Below the pieces are notes generated by a model that was not told the DNA's origin, did not search any database, and saw only the letters and a program-made list of their open reading frames with translations. A stretch of DNA of 64,000 nt from Octopus vulgaris (Eukaryota), in NCBI GenBank assembly GCA_951406725.2, contig OX597843.1:1178001-1242000 (forward strand), read 5' to 3'. Positions 26,561 through 39,995 of this stretch are shown here, piece by piece. Made by a program: the position numbers and the translations under genes. Each line of letters starts with the position of its first letter. Position 1 is the stretch's first letter.

Positions 26561-28320
26561 ATAGTGACTCTTGTAAAGAGAAAAACAGCCAGTTTTAAAT
26601 CTCTGGGTGAGAGATATGTAGTAACAGTACTGAATAGTAAAGTTTATTTGCCAACAGAATGTGGCAGTCCTATACAAGGACGATGTTATTGTTATTTAGC
26701 CCCAGGAAGACATCTCTTCCAGCTGGCTATCGACACACAGTTAGTGTCCATATAGTGTGAGCAATGGAGGTCATTGCTCCCATCCCTAGCCTTCGTGATA
26801 CTCATAGACCTAGGTTTCTGGGTTGTTTACTGTCTCTTCCAGCATTTAGTGTAACAGTGTAGTCACACGGACAAAGGGGACAAATAGTACAGGATCCAGC
26901 ACATCGCCTTATTTAACTCGTGTTTTTAAACGAGCCTTCATCCCTGCATGGAACTGCATGAGGAGATTCAGAAATTTGAGAGGGGAAGCAAATTGTCTAA
27001 AAACATCTTACACAAATTCCCTGTTTGATGGACATACAAATGCAATGGAGAGATCCTGATGTTGCTCTTTCTCTGCATCTTTCTTGACAATTATGTCAAT
27101 TGTATCTCTGTCCCTGTGGAAGCTGCACAGTATCTTTAATGTGATGTGTTCTGATATTGACTGGAGCAGTCTATATTTAGCATGACCATAGCCGGGTCCT
27201 TCTCAGCAATGGTCCTCACTTGCTGTTGACTAACCCCTCTCCCTCTTCTTGAGCTGACCTATGATTAAAGGCATTCCAGTTGTGACTATTTCAGCTTATC
27301 CAATGTGACCATGTATTCTAAATAGTTTTAATTGCAGGTTTGGGCTTTTGTTTCTAGCAGGTTGAACAGCTGCTTTAAGGATCCCCTGTTGGCTCGGCTT
27401 TCTTGTTTTTGTAGAGGGTTTCCATACAGGGAATTCTATATGAAATAAAGGAAGTTGTATCTTTAAGCACTGTCCTTGTAAGGTTCTACTATATCTGCAA
27501 TTTACTATGTAATTGTTGCCTTCTGTTTTTTTCTTTTAGTCTCATATGCTTAAAATAAGCAGTGTATCATGTTTACCAAAGTTTAGAGAAGAGTGATGTT
27601 ATGGGAAATCCTAGTCATAACATTGCATTTCAGGAACGGAGCCAAGAAGCACTGCCTCTGTTTAGCAGAGAAATTCCACATGGTGTATTGCATATCATAG
27701 CACTGATTGTTAACATGCCAGAGCTAATATTTACTTGGCATCATAGCCAAAGAATTTTTCACTGGTAACCATTGTTCAGCTATGATGCAGTGAGAGTATT
27801 ATAATGTTGACATCATATATATTTCATGACCTGTTGCCACTATTCATAACTCTGTTTTTGGCCCACTAACGATCACTGGTATTTAATCACCTTAGTCATG
27901 TATTTTGAAGTAGATATCAAGTTACATAATTAATTAAGCATGCACATGCAAAGTGTGGAGTATTTTAATGTTTATGTATATAGATGCACCTCTTTATATA
28001 TGTTTTTGATCTCATAAAGCAAAAAATCACTAGTTTGACTCTCTGTGTGGTTATGTGTTCACTAGAGGATGAATCTGCAATGCAACCATCCATAAAATAA
28101 ACACAAATTGTTCAGATAAAGATAGGAGAATCACATAGCGATTTAGGTGTTTCAAAAGATTGGTTTTTCATTTTTATTTACTTTCAAAAAACTAATCTGT
28201 GCGAATGATTAGCTTTAGAAAGGACATTCACCTGCCAAGCAACTTTTGCTGGTGAAAATATTTTCAAATCTACTCTCAGCTGATGCCAACAATTTTGTGT
28301 ATGTGTGTGCATGTATGTAT

Positions 28321-29148
28321 ACGTGGTCTGATCAATAAGTATCCGGACTGTTATAATAACGAAGCTAAAGCATATAAAGTTAAACCGTCTGGCACAGATT
28401 GGCCTTGAACTCTGCTGTACATGGGCACTAAGTTTTAACATTCTAGTTCACTTTCACTGTTTACTGCAGTGCTTGGAAGGAAGGTGTGTAGCGTGTGATC
28501 GTTGCATTGACCACGACAGAGTTGAGTAGAGAATATGCATGAAATTTTACCAAAAGCTTGGCAATACCTGCTCAGAGACCTACGCAAAGTTTTTAAAGTT
28601 TTCATCATTCTTGACACAAGGAGATCTTGTGCAAGTGAAACCTGAGTGTCTTTTTGGTCTTCCGTGATAATGGACTGAACTGAACTGTAACTAATCTGCA
28701 CATCTTATAATTCATGGATAGTGTGTTCCTGCTTTCCCCTCCCAGCTGCATGTCCATCTGTAATGTTTTTCTCAGTTCTGCTGGTTGCAGTTCTCCCAGA
28801 ACGTCTGTCCATATTGTCCCTTTTTTGGCCATCTTCGAAACGTCTGAACCACTCGTACACTTTTCTGCAGCTCATACAATCCTGTTCATGCACTTTCTGC
28901 AACTCTGCATAGGCTTCTGAGCAAGTATTGCCATGACAACTTTCTCTGTCATGGCGAATGCGATGGTCATATACTACACACCTTCCTTCCAAGCACTGCT
29001 GTAAACAGCAGAAGTGAGCTGCAACATTAAAACTTAAGGCACAGGCACAGCAGAATTCAAGGTTAATCTTTGCAAGCGGATTCACTCTGCATGCTTTAGC
29101 TTTGTTACTGTGGCGACAATCCAGATATTTATTGATCAGACTTTGTAT
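28321..29148. mobile_element. Non-autonomous mariner derivative with long inverted arms
   Basis: Ends gtctgatcaataagtatccgga / tccagatatttattgatcagac. Minus-strand transposase HTH remnant CSEAYAELQKVH...VYEWFRRFEDG...RSGR. Confidence 0.85.
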
Positions 29149-30296
29149 TTGCGAGTATATGTGTGTTGAATTATGAGATGACTGTAATTTAAATTGTTTT
29201 TAATGTTATAAAAACTCATGCTCACATGAATGTTTTGCATGTATGACATATTTGCTTGAATTGTGTGGTCAAGATGTTCACTTTTGGAGTCATATAATGA
29301 GGAGTTTGGTTCCATTGCTTGGATACAGTTGGCTGGTGTCTTGTACTGTAGCTGTGAGTCAACCAATGCCTTGTGTGTGAAATTGGCAGGTAGAAATTGA
29401 GGAACTCAGTCGTGTTTGCAAGTATATGTATGTGTGCACAAGGTTGGGTGAATTGCTACGTATTTCCCCCTGACTTGTAATCAAAAGACCCATTCAGTGT
29501 TGTCTGTTTCCAGTTCACCCCAAATCTATGTCTGGTCTGTTCATTGCTCGACGAACTGGGGGATATATTTCCTTGTTTGGAAACAGGTGAGGGTTAGCAT
29601 CAGAGAGAGCATTTGGTCACAGAAAGCTCTGCTTCAACATAGTCTTCTTATTTGACTGATGCAATCATGGAAAAGTATACACTAAAAACAGTGATGATGA
29701 TAAAGATGAATCACTTTGTAAGACTATACTTTGATATTTTTCCTCCCATTTGGTATAACGAATTTGCCAAGATAGTACAGATTTGTTCAGAAAATATAAA
29801 TAGTTATTTGTAAATTCTAGCATGTACTAAATTGGTTTGATGCATTTCCCTGTCAGTGAGATAACAAGCTTAGCTATAAAATATGTTATCCAAATACAAT
29901 ATATTCCATTAGTTTGGCATGTTTTAATTAGGTTTTTCATCATCATCGTTTAATGCCCGCTTTCCATGCTAGCATGGGTTGGTATTTATTGGAGAAAATT
30001 TATTTTTCAACTTGATTTGCATTTTCTGAATTATTTTTTTTGTAACCTTATTTAGTCCTCCAGGGCAATTTTGGTATATTATCTTAGAGATGAGTTGTCT
30101 ATTTTATTTCCAACCATTTAACCATTAACATTAGCATTGGGGAGGTATATATATATATATATATAGGGATATGTACTTGTACAGTAAGTGGCTTGATCTG
30201 AAATTGTGTGCTGAAACAAAAACAATTACAAGCTTCTTGTAATCCATTTAAGAACACACAATAAACTGTAGTTTCACATCATTTAAATTTAATGTG

Positions 30297-30343
30297 TGTC
30301 GAAATATTTTCATTGCTTTGAAACTGCGACCTGCTCTCTGACA
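30297..30343 (-). ncRNA. Degenerate hammerhead-like motif with G3:C8 core swap
   Basis: Minus strand: tgtca-GAGAGCA-g-gtcgc-agtttcaaa-gcaat-GAA-aatatt-t-cgaca, with palindromic stem III aatatt, next to (TA)n. Confidence 0.35.
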
Positions 30344-30410
30344 AAACTTCATGCTGCATCATGTATATCTATACACTATCCTGTCAATACCTCAAATGTA
30401 AAATTCTCCC

Positions 30411-30494
30411 CTGAAGATGGAAGCAGTGTTATCCAATAATGGAACCAAATAACTACCATTATTCTGGACCACTAAACCTCAAGAAACAGCTGTC
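30411..30494 (+). ncRNA. Hammerhead ribozyme motif (Penelope-type; stem I lost)
   Basis: CTGAAGA, long stem II (agtg/cact, tcca/tgga, ataatgg/ccattat), then GAA-ACAGCTGT-C with palindromic stem III and a GUC triplet. Confidence 0.55.
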
Positions 30495-32399
30495 AAACTT
30501 GTAAAACTCAACCCACTTAACTCCTGATATCATTTATATTCTGTGTAAGTTAGACTAATTTATATGCATACATATGTGCATTTTTTGTATTAAATTTATT
30601 TAATATTCTATGTAAATCGACTTGCCTAACTTGCTTGTCCTTACATTTACTCCTCTACCTGCTCAAGTTCAAATCTGTTGAGCACTACAAAGTGTATTCT
30701 GTATAGAGAACACCTGTCTAATCTATAAACTATATATACAGTGTACTGATCTGTGATTGGTGGGATCATCAGAAAAGAAGTACTCTATCTAAGAACAGCT
30801 AAATATTTAATAGACACAGGATTTCAGTGTGAGCAATTATAAGTTTCATGCTTTGGTAGTCATGTATTATCCTGCAGTCTTTCAGGCTGAAAATGAAACT
30901 TGTTTTATTTTGAGGCTGAAAGGTTGCAAGAGAGAATATGAAACTTTAAGCATCTCATATTCAAATGGTATATAACCATGACTCTACACGGTCTCTGAAA
31001 TAATGAAGAAGAGGGTATCCTCAAACCAAATACCCTGTGTGGATGCTTGCAAAAAAGTAGACTGCCAAAAGATATCAAATTTTCCTGGTGGTCCATTACC
31101 TAAGTAATCCATGGTGGGATTGTTGAACTTCTATATAGGGCACTGGCCTTAGTACTGTGGTTGGTTTAACTTGGCTACAATTTTCTCTGAAATTTGAGGA
31201 CTTGTAATTTTGTCAGGGGCACACAAAAATGGAGCATGCTGAGATTCTCTAGCTTGTGTTGTATATGATAAACTGGGGTCATATTGATGCTTCTGTCTTT
31301 TCCTTGGATGGTTGAGGAAGGAGCAAGCAAAATGCAACTACATATTTTTCATAAACATAGGGAAATCCCTCCTGCCATCATTTTTACATTACCCAATAAC
31401 TGAATGATTGTTTTTTTTTTCATTGAAAATCTTTGTCTTAGTCATTTTAGGATCTGATGGAATACAAGTAAGACTATTTCACTGATAAAAGTTTAATACA
31501 ATTAAAATGTGTCTGGAATTGACACCTGACTTGCCAAAGATGAGATATAATCCTCACTGCGTGCTCAGGGGTTTTGGAGTTTTCTCTTCCCTCATTTTTC
31601 TTGACAATGATTATCTTAAAAGTTAATGATTTTGCTCTTTGTTAGCAGTATGGTTTTAACCTAATTTTTCTCACTATGTCGTTAGCCTCCACTGCCAAGG
31701 CATCCCTGGATAATTTCCCCCAAGTCAGAAGGCATGATGACCAACCTGGCGATAGGTTATGTAAACACTGACCAAGTTATGTGAGTGGTGTAGGAGTGAA
31801 ATCCCAGCACTCTCACTGATGTATAAGCATTTGTTAGAGAAGATACACTATCTACACGTATTCTTTTGAAGAGAGTTGCTTACTCTTTTGGTTTGAAAAT
31901 TGGAGGGCAATATGTATGAACTATTAACAAGTGTCTTTTACTGCAGCTGCAGGTTGATCATTCATTGCCTTGTGAGTGAATTTAGGAGATGGAAAATTTA
32001 CAAAACCCATTATCATCATTTAATCCATGTTCCTGCTGGCATAAATCAAACTGATTGACAGAACCCAATGAGTTCAAGGACTACTTTGTGCCCTAGTGCT
32101 TGTATTGGCATGGTTTCTATGGCTGGATGCCCCTCCTAACATCAACAACCTTACAACTGTACTGGGTCCCTTTTTTTTTTTTTGTGGCACCAGCATTAGT
32201 GAGGTCACCATGCAGCTTGCAAAACCCAAAGAGCCAGTTTTATACAAGATAAGGGGTTAAAATATGAAAGAATGAGCTAGAGCAGAACAGGTTTCTTGCT
32301 ATAGTCAAGCTACAGTAACTACTCTCATTTTAGAATTGTGAGTAGGGAGATCAGCTGGAGCTCTATATGTATATATATATATCTTTGTATGTATGTATA

Positions 32400-32722
32400 A
32401 TATCATCGTTTAATGTCCATCTTCTATGCATGATTGGATAGGGTGGTTGACAGGAGCTGGCCAGGTAGAAAAACTGTCCTAAGCTACTGTGCATTTTAGC
32501 AGAAATTTTATGGTTGGATGCTCTTCCTAACACCAACCACTCCACAGAGTGGACTCTGTGCTTTGTACGTGGTACTAGCATGGGGAAGGTCAGTTTTGGC
32601 ATGGTTTCTACAGCTGGATGTCCTTCCAAACACCAACCACTCAGCAAAGTGGGTAGCTGGGTGCTTTTTACACGGCACCAGCACAGGCAAGGTCAGTTTT
32701 GGCATGATTTTTTTTACAGCTG
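32400..32722 (-). mobile_element. Older family D element with duplicated internal module
   Basis: ggatgc(t/c)cttcc..aacaccaaccac and ggtcagttttggcatg each occur twice. Confidence 0.65.
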
Positions 32723-33290
32723 TATGAATGTTTACATTCTGCATGTTTTTCAGGAAAATCCACTGAGCTGCATGTGGTGAGATTTGTTGTCATTTCCCTG
32801 TCAAGAAATCATTTGCTAGGTCTGCATTTTCGAAGATGCTAAGAATAAGAGCTCCTTTACTTGAAAAACAGAGAAGCGTTAGCAACAAGAAGGCTGTCTG
32901 GCTGTAAAACATACAAATCCATGCTAACCTGGAAAAATGGATTTAAAAACAAATGAACTCTTTGCTACTATGAGCAAATGGGTCAAATTTGATCTACTTG
33001 ATATAGCAGCCATAAGTCTCTTTCATATTACACTTTACTGCCTTAAAACCTGGATAGGCACATTAGATAATGGGAGTTCTAGAAATACCAGATAATGACG
33101 ATAATGGTCTTAGGACGAAGTAATATTCAGAAACAAAAGAAGAGTAATCTGGACACGAATTCGTTTTTCCACTTAAGACTCGATTTTATTTTTATGTATG
33201 TATGTATGTGTGTACATTTGTATTTCTGTGTGTGTATGCATGCGTCATTCTGTATGTATGCATACACCTGTGTTTTCTCATTTATATGTT

Positions 33291-33422
33291 ATGCAATTTT
33301 GTTTTTCTGGTAAAAAAAATTTCATCTAAGTTTATGTATGTATGTATGTATGTACGTACGTACGTATGTGAGTGTGAGAGAATACATACATATATAATAT
33401 ATATTTATACATACATGTGTGC

Positions 33423-33459
<37 letters not shown>

Positions 33460-33665
33460 TATATATGTATATAATACATAAGCATCACCTGTGCAATTTT
33501 GTTTTTCTGGTAAAAAAATTTCATCTAAGTTTGTGTATGTATGTATGTGAGTGTACAGAGATATATATATATATATTTATATTTATACATACATGTGTGC
33601 GTGTATATATATATATATATATATATTATATGATATATGTATATAATGCATAAGCATCACCTGTG
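33291..33665 (+). repeat. Local tandem duplication (~200/170 bp)
   Basis: tgcaattttgtttttctggtaaaaaa..ttcatctaagttt ... taagcatcacctgtg occurs twice. Confidence 0.85.
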
Positions 33666-34927
33666 TTACAGAATCACTGCTTTCCTCAGTCTAGTCTTGT
33701 GATGTGGAATTCCAAATTGCAAAATGTATTTTCCCATTGACCTCCATATTAAATGTTACACAACATGGAAGCCAGTAGAGAAGTACTTTTGGCATATTGG
33801 GATTCCTCGTTATGGCAGTATTTTGAGGAATGCAACACTCGCATGATGCTGGAGGTGCCTGTATATAACACATATCTCTAAACTCATGCATAGAGATAAT
33901 GTGCACAGTGTTGATTGTACTTTGAATTTCTTGACATTGCATACACATCCACATCTATAGGTACACATGCATACTACACTTTCATTTCAGGTGTTTTGTT
34001 TGTTTTTTTTTTACTTGGTAAGTATTGGGATTATTTTTAATGTTCATCGTTAAAATTGCTTGACCATCTTGATTAATGATGATGATGATGATAATCCTAT
34101 GAGTAACTAGGGGATGTCCTTCTATAATAAAACTAATCAATTGACCTCCTGGTCAGTTTGTTTTCCAAAATGATTTTTCTTTAGTGTTACTGGGACTGGC
34201 TGACATTGACACCCGCTAGCTTATTAAAACTGGACCAAACGTTAATTATACTGAGAATGAGTTTTCTCATCAAAAATGTCTTGTAAAATGATTTCAAATT
34301 TCTGTTCGTTGCAGGCAAGTTCTTTCAAAAATTACATAACCTTCCCCTTTTTTAACATCGTTTTTTTTTGTCTCACAGGCTGTCTCTTAGGAATTGTAAA
34401 TCTTTTGTAATTTGGAAAGCTTATACTTTAAATACATAAAACTACCCGTTATCTATGTTTAAAGATGTTCTCTTGTAGATGACATAGTGGTATCTACCTT
34501 AATGGGAACTGTCTTGCTTGAAAATACCTGAAAAATTTACAAAAGGAAAGAAAAAATAAAAAATAACCTCCAAATAAATAAGACTTGGTTTTGTTTCCTT
34601 TCAGTGAGTCCTTTATTCTTTCGATAGGTTCATTAGCAGCTAACTGTGAAAAACTACATACCATTTGTTGTCGTTAACGTCACCCTCAACTTCATTTGTG
34701 TCTCACATCGTTTTTTTCCTGGCTTGATTTTTACAGGGGTCATGTAATTGGATGGTTATCATGTCATTTATAATAATATTATCTTTGTAGGGATGCCCAG
34801 GGTCCAAGCTGGAGGCTTTACAGAACAAAAAAAAAAAAAAAAAAAAAGACGAAAGAAAAAAAAAAAAGAATCTTTCTCGACATTTTGGGGTTCCTTCTAA
34901 CGATTCTGTTATATATTGGACTTATAG

Positions 34928-35008
34928 GTGTCGATTTTGGTCTGATATTGGAGAGAGATGTGAAAGTTTTCTCATGCTAGCTGAGATCTAAGAACAAAGA
35001 GAGATCAG
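34928..35008 (+). other. Candidate poison (PTC) cassette exon, 81 nt
   Basis: CTAAC branch point at 34897-34901 with no AG until ttatag|34928; donor CAG|GTATGT. Stops occur in all three frames (TAA 34989-34991 in the host frame). Confidence 0.5.
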
Positions 35009-36451
35009 GTATGTGAGTTGGTGGGAACAGGGGTCAGCCTGCTGCAGTGGCAAGGGTGGGCAACGGGATTGGAAGCGGGGTACCCTTACTCTGGTATTTT
35101 CAAGTGTTTTTTTTTTTTTTCTTTTTTTTTTTACCCCCCCCGTTTCTTAAAATATATATGTATATGATAAAATGAAAAATATATAAAATAGAAAGCCTTT
35201 TAGGTACTGAGACAGTTTTTATCTTTAAAAAAATTTTTTTTTTTTGTTTTGTTTTTAAACACATATTGTCATGTTTCCTGAATGTTCTACTGGACCCACT
35301 TGCCTCTTACCTGTTGTATTTCTATCCTGAATAATGTATATATAAAGAAATCGAAGTTCTGGGGAGTGGTGGGAATTACTATTGATTTCAAATTTTGGCA
35401 CAAGGCCAGCAATTTTTGGGGGAAGGGATAAGTCAATTACATTATCCTTGAGTAATTAACTGTTACTTATTTCCCTGACCCTGAAAGGATGAAAGACAAA
35501 GCCAACTTTGGATCTTGAACTCAGAATATAAAACTGGACAAAATGCAACAAAGCGTCTAGTCCGGTGTGGTATTAATTTGCCTTAATGAATTTATTAATA
35601 TTTTTTTAAAAAATAGCTTACAGCAAGAGATCCTGACTCACACATTATTGAAACTTATTTCTGGTTATTTTAATTCTGTTATCGGTGTTTAAAAACCCTT
35701 GATTTTTTCCTAAATATTTCTCTAAAGTAAAATGTGAGTCAAGTCTCCAATTAAGATCTAACTTTTGGTTAATGACATTTAAATTCATTCATGTGTTTGG
35801 GTTGGGCAAGGCCTGAGTTAGTGTTAATTTCTCTTCCCATAGCTCTGCACTTGTAAAGAAATGAAATAATTATAATTATTACCACTTTAATCCATATTAA
35901 GTAACATAGAAGCATTAAAAAAATGGTGGGGAAAAAAATCAGAGTACAGCAATTTCAGTCATTTCTGCTTTGTCTCTGACTATATAAAAATATAATTCTC
36001 ACTTTAGTTGTTTTAGTTTTTGAGTTTAGATTCAGTTTTGTCAGTGAAGCAATAAGTTAAGTCACTCCATACTAAAAGTATCCATAGCTCAACATTGTGA
36101 GATATTAAATTACATGGTTTTATTAAACACCGTCTCCTAAATTTTGATTGTATTCAATACTGATTGAAATCTGTGGACATCCTCTTCTTTAGGGTATGTG
36201 GGTACACATGAGTTAATGTAGGAGCTAGACATAAACAGATGGTTGTCGGTTGTCTTGTAACGGACCCTCAATTGTTCTCTTCATATATGGTGTGTTTTGG
36301 GAATGTTTTAGACCTGGTGGTGCCAATTCCTCTCCAAGTCTGACTGAATACAGTGGATGATTACTTAGAGAGAGTGTGTGTGTGATTGACCCTCTGTATA
36401 GGACTTGCACTTTATTGACCCTGAGAGAATGGTAGGTAAAGCTGACCTCAA

Positions 36452-36683
36452 AAAGATGGCGAGCTGGCAGAAACGTTAGCACGCCAGGTGAAATGCTTAG
36501 CGGTATTTCGTGTGCCGTTACATTCTGAGTTCAAATTCCACCGAGGTCGACTTTGCCTTTCATCCTTTCGGGGTCGATAAATTAAGTACCAGTTACGCAC
36601 TGGGGTCGATGTAATCGACTTAATACCTATGTCTGTCCTTGTTTGTCCCCTCTGTGTTTAGCCCCTTGTGGGTAATAAAGAAA
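36452..36683 (+). mobile_element. tRNA-derived SINE, family C (Meta-domain-like core), with TSD
   Basis: ggcgagctggcagaaacgttagc...gagttcaaattcc...gcctttcatcctttcggggtcgataaattaagtacc. 19-bp TSD taggtaaagctgacctcaa (36433-36451 / 36684-36702). Confidence 0.9.
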
Positions 36684-38726
36684 TAGGTAAAGCTGACCTC
36701 AATGGTATTTGAACTGAGAGCACAGGGCTTGCATGAATACTGTAAGTCAAATCTATCCAATACTCTCATAACTTGGTCAATTTATCGGTTTGTTGTTTAG
36801 CCACAAGCTCAGCTCTTGAACTTTTATTTGATAAGCCTTAGATCTATAACCATCACATTTTATAGACGGTGTATCTAGGAATACACATCCAATATGGTTT
36901 ATTTTTTTTTTAGGTGGTTGTGTTTGATTTGAGGAAAATTTTACTATTTCTGTAGCAGAATTATATAAAGGCTCTCTTACTAGTTTTTAAATATTTTCCT
37001 TGGTATATAGTTTCATATATTGTACGATTTTTTTCCCTCTGTATTTCTGTCATGTTTATTTGCCAGAAACTCACTGTTTATTAGTTTAGGACTTTCTTAA
37101 ACTTTTCATGGTTGTTAGTGCTGATCATTGTCTCTTTACTGAGTATTCTGAAGATTCTGGTTTATCATATTTGCCCTCTGTCAGCATGACCAGCATAGAA
37201 TTCGTTAGAACTTGGTTATTGCAATTGGACCAGGCCTCTCCGTACAATTTATAAACCATAGTTTCTGCTGAAAGCCTTCAAATGCCTCTTTGCCCTCTTT
37301 CTTGTTTAGGTTTTCCCTTGTAGATATTTATTCAGGATAGGCACTAGTTGCATCAGTCTCTCTATTTTAGCTTTAAAAACAAAACAAACCCTCTCATAAC
37401 CCTAAGGTAGAATCTGTCAGGCAAACTGAGGTAAATACTGTTACATGCCTTACAAGCTTTGTTGTTGGAGTCCCTTGCTTTATGATCAGTAATTAGTATT
37501 ATCATTATCACTGGATCATCCTGCCCGCCTATGTAAACATGTGTCTAGGGGCAAGCATGAGATTTTGAAAACCATGACCCATGGGTTCTTACTCTTTCGA
37601 CTTTTCCATTTCATCTCGGGCTCTGCAAAAAGTCATATGTTAGTCTTCCCTTTCGTATTTGGTTTTTCTGTGTGTAATTTTGAAGTGGCTCTGTCTGAAA
37701 TCATAAATTTTGTTTGTTTTTCATATGTCAAGTTGGACAGCTGTGAGGTACATGTAGTTGCTGGTTGACTTTAAAAAAAAATCTAAACAGAGCTTGTATT
37801 AAATTTAATCTTTATTAAAATAGCTTATAATTGAATCTTATATTGTGGTGAGGTACCCAGTCATATGTGATACTTGTTACAAATATTTTGAACTCCACTT
37901 GCAGTAGATATAGTATCATCTGGCTTTTGCATCAGCACTTAAAATGCTGAAATTGTTTCTTACGCTATTAAAACTTCCTGATGTATACATTTCCAAGTAC
38001 AACATCTGCAATGGGGTGACACATTGCTGTAGTAATCTGTAGTTGATATATTTGCTGGTGCTAACTCTTGATTTCATCTAAGGTACTTTATTCTACCGAT
38101 CTCTACACATTGAACAGGTTGTTGTGTTTGGGAAGAGATGAAGAAACATCACTGCTTCCCAAACTGCATACAGAAAAAACACACATACACACACACACAC
38201 TGTCTCATTCACACCTTGTGTCTATCAAATTTCACTCCAAAGGCATTGGTCTGTCTGAGGCTATAAAAGAAAATATTAGCCTAAGCTGCCACATGGTAGG
38301 GTTGAACCTGAAACCTGTTATATGATCTGAAGTGGTAGAACTCCCTATAAATTGTATAGTTCTCTATAAATTGTATTAAGTATTTTACAGGCCTTTGTTC
38401 TGTTAACCTAAACCTTAGGCAGACTTACTATAACAAAGGTATCCTGAGGAGTCAAAAAGGCAGTCCACCAGATGGACTTCTATAGTTTTCATCTACTCAA
38501 TTGAACTCAGAAGCACTGATGAACCTTAGGCTTTAGTGGAGGATATTTGTTAAAGATGCTGCGTGATGTGCTCAGGACGTGTTTTATACTTCAGTCTACT
38601 GGATCAGAGTGGACCTATGGTTTAACAAGATACTGGGGTTAACTGTTATGCATAGGGAAATTAGTGATGGCTTGTATTGGCAAATAGTACTATATGAACT
38701 ATTTTATTCTATTGTCTTTTATATAC

Positions 38727-38958
38727 CTATTTCTTTACTACCCACAAGGGGCTAAACATAGAGGGGGCAAACAAGGACAGACATAGGGATTAAGTCGATT
38801 ATATCGACCCCAGTGCGTAACTGGTACTTAATTTATCGACCCTGAAAGGATGAAAGGCAAAGTCGACCTCGGCGGAATTTGAACTCACAACGTAACGGCA
38901 GCCGAAATACAGCTAAGCATTTCGCCCGACCCACTAACGATTCTGCCAGCTCGCCGCC
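38727..38958 (-). mobile_element. Family C SINE
   Basis: Reverse complement of the 36452 element. Confidence 0.9.
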
Positions 38959-39534
38959 TTCCTTCTGTTAACTTTATTCTTGAACAAGGAGTCTGTTTGA
39001 AATGGTGGATACTCCCCTCTCCATGTGCTCTTTCTGTGGCTTTTTCCAAACGATATGTCTTGCTGGCACAGACCTTCACCAATCTCCTTGGGTTCTGTTT
39101 TCTACATACATACATACATGCATGCATGAATGTGTGTTCATGAGCCCACACATAACTTCAGTTTTGGTTCTTTTACCTTTCATTTAACTTCAATTTTGTT
39201 TTTTTGGAAACTTCAATCCTTAAAAAAAAAAATGTTTGGGGAAGTCTTTTAGACTTTTTCACTCATGTTGTTGGATAAAGGTGGTTAAGGAATAAATTTA
39301 GCCCCAGGTTACCCTGTATTGAGCTCTGGCTCTCATATCTTTCATTTACCAAAACCATATATATATTATTATATTATCTATGTTCTACAAGCCAATGGAG
39401 GAGTCTTTTGTATGACCACATAACCTGCTTACAAATAGTCAAAATCTCCCTCAAACCACACTACCCTCTTGAAAAAAAAAAGGTGGGGGGAATCATTTTG
39501 ATTAGAAAGACTTGTAGCATGGTAAATAAGGTTT

Positions 39535-39995
39535 CATCATCATCATTTAGTGTCTGTTGTCCATGCTGGCATGGGTTGGACAGTTTGACTGGGGTTGGTA
39601 AGTAAGCAGGAAGGCTGCACCAGACTCCAGTCTGATTTGGCATGGTTTTCTACAACTGGATGCCCTTCCTAATGCCAACCACTCCAAGAGTGTAATGGGT
39701 GCTTTTATGTGCCTCTGGTGTGGGTGCCATTTGTGTGACACCAGCAGCTGCCATGATTGCAATTTTGTTTGGCTTATTGGGTCTTCTTCACATACACAAC
39801 AATGCCAAAGGTCTTGGTCATTTACTCTGTGAGGCCCAGCACTCAAAACGAATTCAGCCACTTTGCCTCAGGTAGGCCCAATGCTCGAAAGGAACTCAAC
39901 CAATTTACCTCCAGGAGGCCCAACACTCGAGAGTTGCTATTTACATACCACCAGCATTGGCCATGACTGCAATTTCACTTGGCTTGATGGGTCTT
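39535..39995 (-). mobile_element. Older family D element
   Basis: catcatcatttagtgtc...ccatgctggcatgggttgg...ggatgcccttcctaatgcc. Confidence 0.7.

Noticed and set aside
33991-34017. cag|...|gtaagt 27-nt segment
   Set aside because: Almost pure poly-T content; likely chance splice-like motifs.
34827-34868. A-rich tract suggesting a processed pseudogene tail
   Set aside because: No upstream mRNA-like body, poly(A) signal or TSD.
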